Under the pieces are notes generated by a model. That model worked only from the letters and a program-made list of their open reading frames with translations, was not told where the DNA came from and did no database searches. A DNA stretch of 64,000 nucleotides from Bacteroidaceae bacterium (GTDB taxonomy: Bacteria > Bacillota > Negativicutes > Acidaminococcales > Acidaminococcaceae): positions 376,122 through 440,121 of the forward strand of contig CAVDRP010000001.1 of the NCBI GenBank assembly GCA_963611535.1. Direction: 5' to 3'. The stretch's first letter is position 1, and each line of letters starts with the position of its first letter. Below are positions 48,753 to 58,804 of the stretch, piece after piece. Made by a program: the position numbers and the translations under genes.

Positions 48753-49583
48753 ATGAAAGCATCTGCAAAATTTATCAAAAAAGTTCTGCCACTTGCTGCT
48801 ATCGTCAGCAGCAGCCTTCTCTTCTTTTCCCCCGCACAAGCACAAGCTACTATGACTTTTCAAGAAATATACAAAACAAGCTCCCCTGTTCAAATAGCTA
48901 ACGAGCCTGAACTATCTTGCCTCTTAGATAACTTTATTTATAAAGATGTACAAAAACATGTCAGCTTCACACCTGCACAGCAGGAGCTTTTAACGCTTGC
49001 CATACTCACGGCACTCAACGCAGCGCAGGAGATTCCTGCACACGTACAAGGCGCAATAAAAGCAGGTGCAACACCCGAACAAGTTCATGAAGCCATCATA
49101 CAAGCTACTCCTTATGTCGGTTATCCCCGCAGTAAGGCCGCTTTATTACAAATGCATAAGGCTTTCAAAAAAGCTGGTATAAAATTACCACTTGCAAACG
49201 CAGGAACCGTCACCGAAGCAACCCGCTATGAAAAAGGCTTGGAAAAACAAGTTGAGGCCGCTGGTGAGCGTATTATCACACGCATCAAAACTGCACCTGC
49301 TGACGAAGCTCATATCAATGAATTTCTTGCAGCCAACTGCTTCGGCGATTATTACACACGCGAAGTCTTCAGTATGCAGGAGCGCGAGCTGCTTACCTTT
49401 GTCAGCATTATTTCTTTAGGCGGCGCAGACCCGCAAGCACGCGGCCACGTTGCCGCTAATCTCAAAGTCGGTAATACACGCCAGCAACTGCTTGACGCTA
49501 TCACGGTTGCCCTGCCCTACATCGGTTATCCCCGCACCTTAAACGCTCTTGCTGCCATCAACAGCATTGTCCCAGCAAAATAA
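48753..49583 (+). CDS. Tandem carboxymuconolactone-decarboxylase (CMD/AhpD-like) domain protein with signal peptide
   Basis: Two ELLT...H..GA/AN...PY.GYPR repeats. Confidence 0.85.
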   Translation: MKASAKFIKKVLPLAAIVSSSLLFFSPAQAQATMTFQEIYKTSSPVQIANEPELSCLLDNFIYKDVQKHVSFTPAQQELLTLAILTALNAAQEIPAHVQGAIKAGATPEQVHEAIIQATPYVGYPRSKAALLQMHKAFKKAGIKLPLANAGTVTEATRYEKGLEKQVEAAGERIITRIKTAPADEAHINEFLAANCFGDYYTREVFSMQERELLTFVSIISLGGADPQARGHVAANLKVGNTRQQLLDAITVALPYIGYPRTLNALAAINSIVPAK

Positions 49584-49617
49584 TTTCGTATTTATGTAAA
49601 GAAAGAAGAGAATCATT

Positions 49618-50475
49618 ATGCAATATGTTACATTATCTAACGGTGTGAAAATGCCACAGCTTGGTTATGGCGTTTATCAAGTAACAAAGGAGGAATGTGA
49701 GCGCTGCGTCACCGACGCCCTCGAGGTGGGCTACCGCGCCATTGACACTGCGCAAAGCTATTTCAACGAAGCAGAGGTAGGCGAAGCAATCGCTAAATCT
49801 GGCATCAATCGTAAAGAAATTTTCCTTACCACCAAAGTATGGATTGAACATTATGGCTACGAAGATGCCAAAAAATCTGTATTGCAATCTATGGAAAAGC
49901 TAAAAACAGATTACATCGACCTCGTGCTGCTGCACCAGCCGTTTGCTGATTACTACGGTGCTTACCGCGCACTAGAAGACCTGTATGAAGAAGGCAGGCT
50001 GCGTGCTATCGGCGTATCCAACTTTGCCCCCGACAGACTTGTTGACCTCGCCTCCTTTGCCCGCATTAAGCCTATGGTCAACCAAATCGAAACGCATCCG
50101 CTCAATCAGCAGATTGAAGCACACAAGTGGCTGGAAAAATACGGCGTTATCCATGAAGCGTGGGCTCCGTTCGGCGAAGGCCGTGGCAATATGTTCACGA
50201 ATCCGGTGCTGAAAAAAATTGGTGAAAAGTATAACAAAACCACAGCACAGGTTATCCTGCGCTGGCAGCTGCAGCGTGGCATCGTCGTTATCCCCAAATC
50301 TACGCACAAGGAGCGTATGGCGCAAAACCTAGACGTTTTTGATTTTACGCTGACAAACGAAGATATGCAGGCCATCGCCGCGCTCGACACCAAAACCAGT
50401 TCCTTCTTCTCGCACCAGGATCCTGCTATGGTAGAATGGTTCGTGAAAATGGTGGAAGAACGCAAGGGTAAATAA
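49618..50475 (+). CDS. Aldo/keto reductase (2,5-diketo-D-gluconate reductase-like)
   Basis: GYR.IDTA..Y.NE, IGVSNF, NQIE.HP, IPKS. Confidence 0.92.
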   Translation: MQYVTLSNGVKMPQLGYGVYQVTKEECERCVTDALEVGYRAIDTAQSYFNEAEVGEAIAKSGINRKEIFLTTKVWIEHYGYEDAKKSVLQSMEKLKTDYIDLVLLHQPFADYYGAYRALEDLYEEGRLRAIGVSNFAPDRLVDLASFARIKPMVNQIETHPLNQQIEAHKWLEKYGVIHEAWAPFGEGRGNMFTNPVLKKIGEKYNKTTAQVILRWQLQRGIVVIPKSTHKERMAQNLDVFDFTLTNEDMQAIAALDTKTSSFFSHQDPAMVEWFVKMVEERKGK

Positions 50476-50511
50476 GCATAGCAGCTAAAATAAATTTTTA
50501 GAAGAAGTAAA

Positions 50512-51051
50512 ATGGGAAAGAATGTATTAATTTTATCAGGCAGTCCGCGTCAAGGCGGTAACTCCGACCTTTTATGCGATGAATTTATGCGTGGAGCGCA
50601 AGAAGCAGGTCATATGGTAGAAAAAATACGCATTGCCAGCAAAAAAGTTACTCCCTGCTCCGCCTGCTACTATTGTCGCAGCCATGCAGGTGAATGCGTA
50701 CACAAAGACGACATGGCAGAAATATTGCAAAAAATGATTGATGCTGATGTACTCGTGCTCGCAAGCCCTGTATATTTCTATTCTATTGACGCACAGCTCA
50801 AGGCAGTTATTGACCGCACCGTCGCACGTTGGCTGGAAGTAAAGAACAAAGAGTTCTATTATATTGCTACAATGGCTGACGAAGCTGTTGCTTCTGCTGA
50901 TAGAACTATTGAATGCTTCCGCGGTTATGCTGATTGCGTGGCAGGCGCAGTCGAAAAAGGCGTTATTATCGGCAACGGCGTTTATGAACGTGGTGCTGTC
51001 AAAGACACGCCTGCTATGCAAAAAGCTTATGCTATGGGTAAGAATGTATAA
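50512..51051 (+). CDS. Iron-sulfur flavoprotein / NADPH-dependent FMN reductase family
   Basis: SGSPR.GGNS, CSACYYC...C..KDD, ASPVY. Confidence 0.88.
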   Translation: MGKNVLILSGSPRQGGNSDLLCDEFMRGAQEAGHMVEKIRIASKKVTPCSACYYCRSHAGECVHKDDMAEILQKMIDADVLVLASPVYFYSIDAQLKAVIDRTVARWLEVKNKEFYYIATMADEAVASADRTIECFRGYADCVAGAVEKGVIIGNGVYERGAVKDTPAMQKAYAMGKNV

Positions 51052-51063
51052 GGAGCACATATT

Positions 51064-52068
51064 ATGCAGACACGCAAACTAAAAAATTTAGAAGTTTCCG
51101 CTTTAGGCTTAGGCTGCATGGGCCTTTCTCATGCTTATGGTGCACCGACAGAAGAACACCAAGCTGTAAAATTTCTTCAACAGGCAGTAGACTTAGGTTA
51201 TACTTTCTTTGATACTGCTGAAATTTACGGCACACAAGAAGACCCTAATCAAAATGAACGCCTCGTCGGCGAAGCATTCCATAATCAGCGTGACAAGGTT
51301 GTCATCGCCAGCAAATTCGGCATCCGTTTTGACACTTCTAGTAATACAGTGCCTTATCCACTTTATACTGATTCCAGTGCCAAAACTATCCGTAACTCTA
51401 TCGAAGGTTCTTTAAAGCGTCTACGTACTGATTATATTGATTTATATTTTCAGCATCGTATCGATGTAAACACTGAACCAGAAGAAGTGGCAAGCGTAAT
51501 GCAAGATTTAATTAAAGAAGGCAAAATTCGCGCCTGGGGTATTTCCGAAGCTAACGAAGAATATCTGCGTCGTGCTAATGCAGTCTGTCCTGTCACTGCG
51601 GTGGAAAACCGTTATTCGATGATGGCACGTCATTATGAAGCACTCTTTCCTGTTTTAGAAGAATTAGGTGTTGGTTTTGTTGCCTTCTCACCTATGGCAA
51701 ACGGCTTGCTAACTGGTAAGTATACTGCTTCCACTAAATTTGACAAGCACTATGACTACCGCAGTAATATGCCACAATTCCAAGCAGACAGTTACGCTAA
51801 AAACCAAGAGCTTTTCACGCTGTTAAATGATGTAGCCGCTAAATACAAAGCTACACCTGCACAAATTTCCATGGCATGGATGCTCTGTAAAAAACCTTGG
51901 ATTGTTCCCATTCCCGGTACGCGTAAAGTAGAACGTCTTGAAGAAAACATGGGTGCAGCTTCTATCATCTTAACAGCTGTGGAAGTAAGTGCTATTGACA
52001 AAGCCTTAGATAATATGCCTATGTCGGAAGTTTTTGGTGGTACGAAAATTATCACAGAAAAGGAATAA
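51064..52068 (+). CDS. Aldo/keto reductase
   Basis: LGLGCMG, FDTAE.YG, YFQHR.D, PIPGT. Confidence 0.92.
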   Translation: MQTRKLKNLEVSALGLGCMGLSHAYGAPTEEHQAVKFLQQAVDLGYTFFDTAEIYGTQEDPNQNERLVGEAFHNQRDKVVIASKFGIRFDTSSNTVPYPLYTDSSAKTIRNSIEGSLKRLRTDYIDLYFQHRIDVNTEPEEVASVMQDLIKEGKIRAWGISEANEEYLRRANAVCPVTAVENRYSMMARHYEALFPVLEELGVGFVAFSPMANGLLTGKYTASTKFDKHYDYRSNMPQFQADSYAKNQELFTLLNDVAAKYKATPAQISMAWMLCKKPWIVPIPGTRKVERLEENMGAASIILTAVEVSAIDKALDNMPMSEVFGGTKIITEKE

Positions 52069-52071
52069 ACC

Positions 52072-52746
52072 ATGAAACGCATATTTTTTCTTCTAGCACT
52101 GGCGATGCTCGCGCTGTTCAGCGTCGCCTGCGCTAGCAATAATAGCACCACTAGCTCTAACGCGCAAGCAACACCTGCAACAGCAACTTCAGGCAGCACT
52201 AATGCGTTAGCTGGCAAAAAAATTCTCGTTGCCTATTTTTCGGCAACAAACAATACCAAACAAGTTGCAGAAGAAATCGCCAAAGCAACAGGCGCAGACC
52301 TTTACCGCATCGAAGCAGCGCAGCCCTACGCCGCTAACCCCTATGACGACAGCGACCGTATAAAAAAGGAAGCCTATGAAAATCTGCGCCCTGAGGTAAA
52401 AATTACGCTACCTAAGAGTGAAATGGCAAAATATGACGTTATCTTTATTGGCTCGCCTATCTGGTGGCACCAACCAGCGATGGTTGTCTGCACCTTTCTC
52501 GAGGGCTATGACCTGAGCGGCAAGACTGTCGTTCCCTTCTTCACCTACGGCGCACGCAGCTATCTGAATGAATCTATGCAGCGCATTTATAAATCAACGC
52601 CGAACTCTATTCACGTTCCTGCGTCCCTGCCAAAAGATATTGACCCCGATAACATTCAGCAGGCGCAAGCAGACGATAACGGCATTATTATGCCTGCCGA
52701 TGTTGATGATATTGATGCCTGGCTCAAAGCCCTACAGCTAAAATAA
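52072..52746 (+). CDS. Flavodoxin (Flavodoxin_4 type), predicted lipoprotein
   Basis: Lipobox-like SVAC, Thr/Ser linker, LVAYFSATNNT, GSPIWW, PFFT. Confidence 0.82.
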   Translation: MKRIFFLLALAMLALFSVACASNNSTTSSNAQATPATATSGSTNALAGKKILVAYFSATNNTKQVAEEIAKATGADLYRIEAAQPYAANPYDDSDRIKKEAYENLRPEVKITLPKSEMAKYDVIFIGSPIWWHQPAMVVCTFLEGYDLSGKTVVPFFTYGARSYLNESMQRIYKSTPNSIHVPASLPKDIDPDNIQQAQADDNGIIMPADVDDIDAWLKALQLK

Positions 52747-52773
52747 CCTATTTCACAGGAAAGGATTAAGCAC

Positions 52774-53826
52774 ATGAAAAAGCAACTTTTTTCTCTTGCT
52801 TTCGCTACTGCCTTCGTCCTCAGCGCAACAAGCTTTGCTTCACCTTTGCATATCGCTAAGCAGGGAATGTTCTCCGCTGGCGGTGTAACTATCACGTCCC
52901 CAGGAGCTTTCGATCCCTATAACCAATGGGAAGCAACAGGCGCAGGACAAACAGCTCATGTTGACCATGCCAATATTCTCTACCAGATTCCGCAAAAAGC
53001 AAATAAAGCACCTGTTATCTTTTTGCACGGTTACGGCCAGTCACGCATGGGCTGGATGACCACACCTGACGGACGTGAAGGCTGGAGTGATATGTTTTTA
53101 CGCAACGGCCATAGTGTTTTCTTAGTTGATGAGCCCCGCCGTGGTGAAGCGGGTGCAACCAGTGTTAGCGGTGATATCAGCACTAAAACCTTGGAGCAAC
53201 GCTGGTACACACAGTTTCGCATCGGTAAATGGGAAAACGGTAAATCGGTGCCTAACGTTGGTTCCCAATTTGCCAACAGCGACGCAGCTGTTGACCAGTT
53301 CTTTCGCCAAATGACGCCTGATACCGGTATGAAATCGGATATGGGCGCAGATTTTGATGGCGAAATGGTTGCCAAAGCACTGGCGCAGACCATAGACAAG
53401 GTTCATGAAATGACGGGCCAAAAACCAGTCCTCATGACCCACTCTCAGGGAGGACGCGCGGGCTGGCTAGCAGCTAAATATACAACAAACATTGCTGCTA
53501 TTGTAGCTATCGAGCCTGGTAATGCGCCTGCAGCAGGCTCTGCTGAATACATGGCCATGGTTAACCAGCACATCCCTGTTGCTTTCTACTTTGGCGACTA
53601 CATCCACAATGGCGACCCTAAACTAGCAGCAACAAAAATTTGGCAAAGCAAGTTGGAGGAATGTGAAGCGTTCTCTGCAAGCTACAATAATTCAGGCTGC
53701 AAAAGCGTAGTGTTTGACTTACCTAAAGAAGGTATTTACGGTAACGATCACTTTATGTTTCAAGACCTCAACAACGCAGATATTGCCAAGCATATCGAAA
53801 AATGGTTAGCTGCCTTAACGCAATAA
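52774..53826 (+). CDS. Exported alpha/beta-hydrolase-fold protein
   Basis: Signal peptide; HG.GQ, W..TPDGREGW, HSQGG, GN.HF. Confidence 0.8.
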   Translation: MKKQLFSLAFATAFVLSATSFASPLHIAKQGMFSAGGVTITSPGAFDPYNQWEATGAGQTAHVDHANILYQIPQKANKAPVIFLHGYGQSRMGWMTTPDGREGWSDMFLRNGHSVFLVDEPRRGEAGATSVSGDISTKTLEQRWYTQFRIGKWENGKSVPNVGSQFANSDAAVDQFFRQMTPDTGMKSDMGADFDGEMVAKALAQTIDKVHEMTGQKPVLMTHSQGGRAGWLAAKYTTNIAAIVAIEPGNAPAAGSAEYMAMVNQHIPVAFYFGDYIHNGDPKLAATKIWQSKLEECEAFSASYNNSGCKSVVFDLPKEGIYGNDHFMFQDLNNADIAKHIEKWLAALTQ

Positions 53827-53829
53827 GCA

Positions 53830-53947
53830 TTGACAACAAAATATACTCGTGCTACAATCATAGCAATTTATCAGAGGACTTGTAGCGCTCAAGCTATTGA
53901 AGTGGGATAAGATTCAAACGAATTTTGTCTCACTTTTTTAGATAAAT
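53830..53947 (+). promoter_or_regulatory. Promoter plus leader carrying a premature intrinsic terminator (candidate attenuator)
   Basis: TTGACA-17-TACAAT (53830-53858); stem AAGTGGGATAAGATTC/GAATTTTGTCTCACTT plus T-run at 53900-53939, upstream of the MFS start. Confidence 0.65.
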
Positions 53948-54008
53948 GATGGTAAGACCACCATAAAAGCTCTTATAGCTACTTACGTAACGAAAGGAGT
54001 TTTTATTT

Positions 54009-55181
54009 ATGCAAATCGAAAAAAACAAACCCCAATTACCCAAACTCACTGTTGGCAGTGCCGAGGTAAATGCCGCGCGCCTAGCCTTCTTCGTCCCCGG
54101 CTTTGCTGTTTCCACTTGGGCACCCATGATCCCCATGGTCAAGGCCCGTCTGGAGCTGGGTGCAGATGTGCTAGGCCTGCTTTTACTATGTATAGGCATC
54201 ACTGCCTTTATCGTTATGCCCTTTGGCGCGCTTTTAGGCCAAAAATGGGGCTGCAAAAAGGTGCTTTGGCTCACCTGCTCGCTTATGGCACTAGATATTG
54301 TTGCGCTTGCCTGCCTGCCCAATATTTGGTCATATGCTGTTGCACTCTGCCTATTTGGTGCGTGCATGGGTACAACCGAGGTAATGATGAACACCAACGC
54401 CGTAATTGTAGAGCAGCTTGACGGCCGCAGGCTGATGAGCGGCATGCACGCCTTTTGGAGCATTGGCTGCTTTGCCAGCGCCGGCCTCTTCTCCCTGCTT
54501 GCCAGCGCTGGTCTTGGCGTAACCCTTATCGCCGCCATTCACTGCGCTATAACCTTCGCCGTTATCGCCTACTTTGGCCGTCATTGGCTCAATTACCGCA
54601 GTCCCGGCGGTGAAAAGGCCTTTGCCATTCCCCGTGGCATCGTCATCGTCATCGGTATTCTTGCCTGCATCTCCTTCCTCGTTGAAGGCGCCATTATGGA
54701 TTGGAGCGGTGTACTCCTGACTGAAGCCAAGCACGTAGATATGTCGCTGGCAGGCACTGGCTATGCAGTCTTTTCGGTAGCAATGCTCATTATGCGTCTC
54801 ATTGGTGACAAGGCTGTGCAGACCTTGGGGGAGAAGGCCTCTGTCATCTGCGGCAGCCTGCTCACTGCCATCGGCTTTGCCTTACTTGTGTGGGTCGATA
54901 ACCTATATATTAACGGCCTTTCCTTTATTATTGTCGGCATAGGCTGCTCTAACATTGTCCCTGTTTTTTATTCCATCCTCAAATTGCAAAGGGCCATGCC
55001 TATCAGCGCCGCCGTTACTGCTGTCACCAGCTTGGGCTACAGCGGTGTTATCATGGGTCCTGCAGTGCTGGGCTTTGTTGCCCATGCCTTGGGGATTAAT
55101 GCGGTTTTTGAGCTGCTTGTCATATTACTGCTAATCGAAGCTGGTATTGCCAAGCTGGTATTTAGCAAATTGAAAATGTAA
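54009..55181 (+). CDS. MFS transporter (YbjJ-like)
   Basis: About 12 TM segments; W...IP..K..L, MS..HA.WS.G, EGA..DWS, R..GD. Confidence 0.88.
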   Translation: MQIEKNKPQLPKLTVGSAEVNAARLAFFVPGFAVSTWAPMIPMVKARLELGADVLGLLLLCIGITAFIVMPFGALLGQKWGCKKVLWLTCSLMALDIVALACLPNIWSYAVALCLFGACMGTTEVMMNTNAVIVEQLDGRRLMSGMHAFWSIGCFASAGLFSLLASAGLGVTLIAAIHCAITFAVIAYFGRHWLNYRSPGGEKAFAIPRGIVIVIGILACISFLVEGAIMDWSGVLLTEAKHVDMSLAGTGYAVFSVAMLIMRLIGDKAVQTLGEKASVICGSLLTAIGFALLVWVDNLYINGLSFIIVGIGCSNIVPVFYSILKLQRAMPISAAVTAVTSLGYSGVIMGPAVLGFVAHALGINAVFELLVILLLIEAGIAKLVFSKLKM

Positions 55182-55295
55182 GCTTGTGCTTAAGGCAAAA
55201 GCTGCCTGTGGCAAACGCCGCAGACTGCTTTTTTATTACCTCTAACCTAAAAAAGCTGCCAGCACCTCACACGCTGACAGCTTAATTTTTACTTT

Positions 55296-56333
55296 TTAGT
55301 TATCTAGTTCCTTCTTGCCCAGGTTATGCAGCAAAAGAGCTACAAACTTTTTGGCATCAGCATTAAGTGCCACCTTAGCAGTTACAGGAGCAGCTCCCTT
55401 TTTGGTGTTATGGAAATCTGCCACCATGCGTCCATCGCAAATACCGCCCGAAATATCAATGTCTACATTGGCATCTGCCAGCTCGGTGATAACACTGGGG
55501 TCAATCAAGTAGGCAACAGCCAGTGCGTCATGAATTGGCGCCATATGGTTATCATAACGGTACAGTACCTTTTCACCCACAGTGCCAGCTGTATGGCGCA
55601 GGTTGTAATTATCCTCCGAAACATCGTTAACCTTCAGGTTATTGATGCGCAGCATTTGCAACGTTGCTGCCTTTTCCGCAGCAGGAGTGCCCAAGGCGCG
55701 CAGCTGTTCGCACTCTTCGTCGGTAATGCAGGCGCGCCAGGTAGCATCCAGCGGCAAAATCACCTTAGGGATTTTGCTGTCCATAACTATTTTGGCAGCC
55801 TCAGGGTCTGCATAAAAATTGAATTCAGCAGCAGCGCTGGCATTGCAGCCAGTATGACCGCCACCCATAATAACCATTTTTTTGATTTTATCTTCCAAGC
55901 GCGGTTCGATACGCAGAGCCATTGCCACATTAGTCAAAGGACCAGTTGCTACCAGCGTCAGTGGCTCTGTAGCCTCCATAAAGGCCTTTACCAAAAAGAA
56001 TACTGCGTGCTCAGGCTGCGGTTTAATTGTTGCCTCCGGCATGGGCAAAAAGTCACCATGGCAGTCATTTAAGGTTACACGCGGCAAATTAGGCTTGCGT
56101 GTAGGAATTTGGTTGCAAATGATGGGATGCTCGCAGCCACGGTATACAGGCACATCCGCACCCAAAAATTCTACCACGCGCAGAGCGTTTTCGGTAGTTT
56201 TGGGAACAATGCGGTTGCCGTTAACCGTTGTAATGGCCTCTAGCTTCAGCTTTTCGCTGTAAAGCGCCAGCATAATCGCAATCGCATCATCAGAACCAGG
56301 GTCGCAGTCTAAAATAAATCTTTCTTTTTCCAT
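55296..56333 (-). CDS. Inosine/uridine-preferring nucleoside hydrolase family
   Basis: DCDPGSDD, GPLTN, MGG, AEFN...DPEAA, HD. Confidence 0.92.
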   Translation of the reverse strand: MEKERFILDCDPGSDDAIAIMLALYSEKLKLEAITTVNGNRIVPKTTENALRVVEFLGADVPVYRGCEHPIICNQIPTRKPNLPRVTLNDCHGDFLPMPEATIKPQPEHAVFFLVKAFMEATEPLTLVATGPLTNVAMALRIEPRLEDKIKKMVIMGGGHTGCNASAAAEFNFYADPEAAKIVMDSKIPKVILPLDATWRACITDEECEQLRALGTPAAEKAATLQMLRINNLKVNDVSEDNYNLRHTAGTVGEKVLYRYDNHMAPIHDALAVAYLIDPSVITELADANVDIDISGGICDGRMVADFHNTKKGAAPVTAKVALNADAKKFVALLLHNLGKKELDN

Positions 56334-56353
56334 AATTAGCCTCCCTCTTTATC

Positions 56354-57715
56354 TTAAATACTAAAAATATAGCTAGCGATGCAGTTAATCACAAAGGCCA
56401 GCACCAAAAGCGGCGCCGAGCGCTTCACTAGCTGAATAGGCTCTATGCCTGCAAAGCCTGCTTCGGCAATAATTGCACCACATACAGGCGAGGTCGCTCT
56501 GCCCAGCGCGCTGGCGATTTCCATAGGCAAAATTAGCGTAACGGTAGGCACGCCCAGCTTAGCAGCAATTTCCGGCGTCAGCGGGCCAAAGGCAAAGAGC
56601 GGTGCAGCGCCACTGCCCATAATGATGCCAAACAAAAATGTCAGCAATGCCAGCACCAGCATGATAATGAAGGCTGCTCCCTCCATGCCTGCAATGTAAT
56701 GGGCAAAAATACTGATACCGCCAAGCATTTTAATGCCTTCGGCAAAGCAGGATGCAGAGATAATGATTGCTACAACGCTGACAAAAATATCAGCCATAGC
56801 ACGCAGGATTACTACAACATCCTTGGGAATTTCGCTTCTGTCCTTGCGGCGGCAGAATTCAATCACAAAGGTGATGAACATACCCATAATATTGGCAGTG
56901 ATTACATCTACCTTAGTGGAAGGAATAAAGTAATCTGCAAAAACTATTGCCAGCGGGATGAGCGGCAGCAGCGCGTAGTAGGTGGGGACGGCAGGGTTTT
57001 CCAAAACCGCCAGCTCCTGTGCCTGGTATTCGCCCCTATTTTTGTCACGGGCATCCATATATTTATAGTAGAACGGAATCGTAACAGCCAAAACCAGAAT
57101 GATGCTGCCTGCAACGTAAATCTGGTGCTGTAAAAATACGTCAACCACATTCATTTTCAGTACGCCGGACATAAAAATGGTAGAGCCATCGTTAGGGCCG
57201 TAGTCAATGCAGATAAGCGACAAAACAGAGGCCGCCGTTATCGGCGTAATACCGATAGCCATCATAACCGGGAACACTGTTGCCAAAAGCAAAACCGAAA
57301 GACCTGCCTGACTGGTAATAACCAGCTTTAAGGCCATGCCCACAATATACAAGCCACTGAGCACCAGATATTTATTTTTAATCCTACTCAAGGGATTGCT
57401 AGCCAGATATGCCAGCTTAGTCGATGCCTGGATATGCTTCATATAGGCCGCATAACCAGTAACACTCATAATAATCATACCAATGCCGGACAGGTTCTTT
57501 TTAAAGCTTTGGCTTAAAAAGCCAAACACATCCAGCAAAGGATTCCCCAAGGTTGCCTTGCCCAAGATGGGTGCGCCTGTAAGCGCATGGGCAATAAGCA
57601 TAATAACAATGCCTGAAGCGAAGAAGACAAAAATTGCATTGTACTTCTTCAAGATCAGCTTAGCGACAATCACCGAAAAGATGACCGTCAAGGCTATAAG
57701 TAAAATTGAATTCAT
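56354..57715 (-). CDS. DcuC-family transporter
   Basis: G..IM...GYA.YM..I.AS, GSG.AP..AF, GR..SPV.G. Confidence 0.82.
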   Translation of the reverse strand: MNSILLIALTVIFSVIVAKLILKKYNAIFVFFASGIVIMLIAHALTGAPILGKATLGNPLLDVFGFLSQSFKKNLSGIGMIIMSVTGYAAYMKHIQASTKLAYLASNPLSRIKNKYLVLSGLYIVGMALKLVITSQAGLSVLLLATVFPVMMAIGITPITAASVLSLICIDYGPNDGSTIFMSGVLKMNVVDVFLQHQIYVAGSIILVLAVTIPFYYKYMDARDKNRGEYQAQELAVLENPAVPTYYALLPLIPLAIVFADYFIPSTKVDVITANIMGMFITFVIEFCRRKDRSEIPKDVVVILRAMADIFVSVVAIIISASCFAEGIKMLGGISIFAHYIAGMEGAAFIIMLVLALLTFLFGIIMGSGAAPLFAFGPLTPEIAAKLGVPTVTLILPMEIASALGRATSPVCGAIIAEAGFAGIEPIQLVKRSAPLLVLAFVINCIASYIFSI

Positions 57716-57861
57716 CTAAACACTCTCCCCTTGCTTTGAAAGATAATCAATTTTATTTTATCATACGTTGACTAGCGTTAAAAGAGGATAGGCAACTATT
57801 GAATAAAAAATTCTGCCATAGCCACCAAGGTGACCACGGCAGAATCGCATACTATGCATAT

Positions 57862-58068
57862 TTACTTTTCGTCAGCATCACTCTTGATAACAGCCTTGGC
57901 AGCCTTGGTAAACTTTGTGCGCGCCAGCATTACATAATGGCCACAGCCGCAGCACTTCATGCCAAAGTCCATACCAGTGCGGGTTATTTCCCACTCATCA
58001 CTGCCACAGGGGTGCGCCTTTTTCATCTTAACGATGTCGCCAACGTGAACCTGACCTGCGTCAAGCAT
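57862..58068 (-). CDS. DUF951 family protein
   Basis: GD.V.MKK.HPCGS..W...R.G.D...KC..CG. Confidence 0.9.
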   Translation of the reverse strand: MLDAGQVHVGDIVKMKKAHPCGSDEWEITRTGMDFGMKCCGCGHYVMLARTKFTKAAKAVIKSDADEK

Positions 58069-58727
58069 TATTCAATACCGTCCAAGGTCATAACGTCGGT
58101 TACCTCGTAACCAGCCTCACGGATTTGTTCGATAATATCTAAGCCGTTGTTGTTGAGGGCAGCACGGATAGTAACCTCCGCAGTGCCATCGCCATTTTGC
58201 TTGGTGATTAGGGAGATGATATTGATGCCATCTTCCTTCATAATATTAGAAATTTCGGCAACAACGCCAATCTTATCCGGGGTAGTTATGGTGATACGCA
58301 CGCAATTGCGGTTCATACCCATAATTTCTACAATAGAACGGAAAATATCACTGCGGGAAACAATGCCGCACAGCTTGTTGTCTTCGTTCACAACCGGCAA
58401 AGCGTTTACTCTGTATTTATAAAGCTTATAAGCAACAAACTCGATAGTATCGTCAGCGTCAACAGTGACAACACTACGCTTCATAACGTCCTTTACCTTC
58501 AGTCGTCCCAAAAGGTAGTTGGCCTCATAACGGGACAGAGTGCTGCTATCGCTAGGGGATGCCTTGCCAATATCATCAAGGGTGATGATACCGCGGATAC
58601 GCATCATATCATCTACTACCGGCAGACTGATTAAGCTTTTACCACGCAACAGCTCACGTGCTTCCAAAATAGATTGGTCTTCACGTATGGTAAGTACGGT
58701 GCTGGTCATAATATCTTTTACTAACAT
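58068..58727 (-). CDS. CBS-pair plus ACT domain protein (AcuB-like)
   Basis: Two CBS repeats (V.D.M, LPVV, GI) and a C-terminal D..G....I ACT domain. Confidence 0.88.
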   Translation of the reverse strand: MLVKDIMTSTVLTIREDQSILEARELLRGKSLISLPVVDDMMRIRGIITLDDIGKASPSDSSTLSRYEANYLLGRLKVKDVMKRSVVTVDADDTIEFVAYKLYKYRVNALPVVNEDNKLCGIVSRSDIFRSIVEIMGMNRNCVRITITTPDKIGVVAEISNIMKEDGINIISLITKQNGDGTAEVTIRAALNNNGLDIIEQIREAGYEVTDVMTLDGIE

Positions 58728-58804
58728 GGGCTTGTTACCTCCCTAAAATCCAAAGATTGTATTTGTTCAACAGGAAAACTTATAGCTGTTTCTTAGCAGG
58801 CTAA

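Noticed and set aside
53864..53990. SAM-I or fluoride riboswitch
   Set aside because: Only the UUAUC-AGAG/GAUAA frame and a GATGGT word match; the SAM-I P3 (GCAAC) and the fluoride pseudoknot nucleotides are missing.
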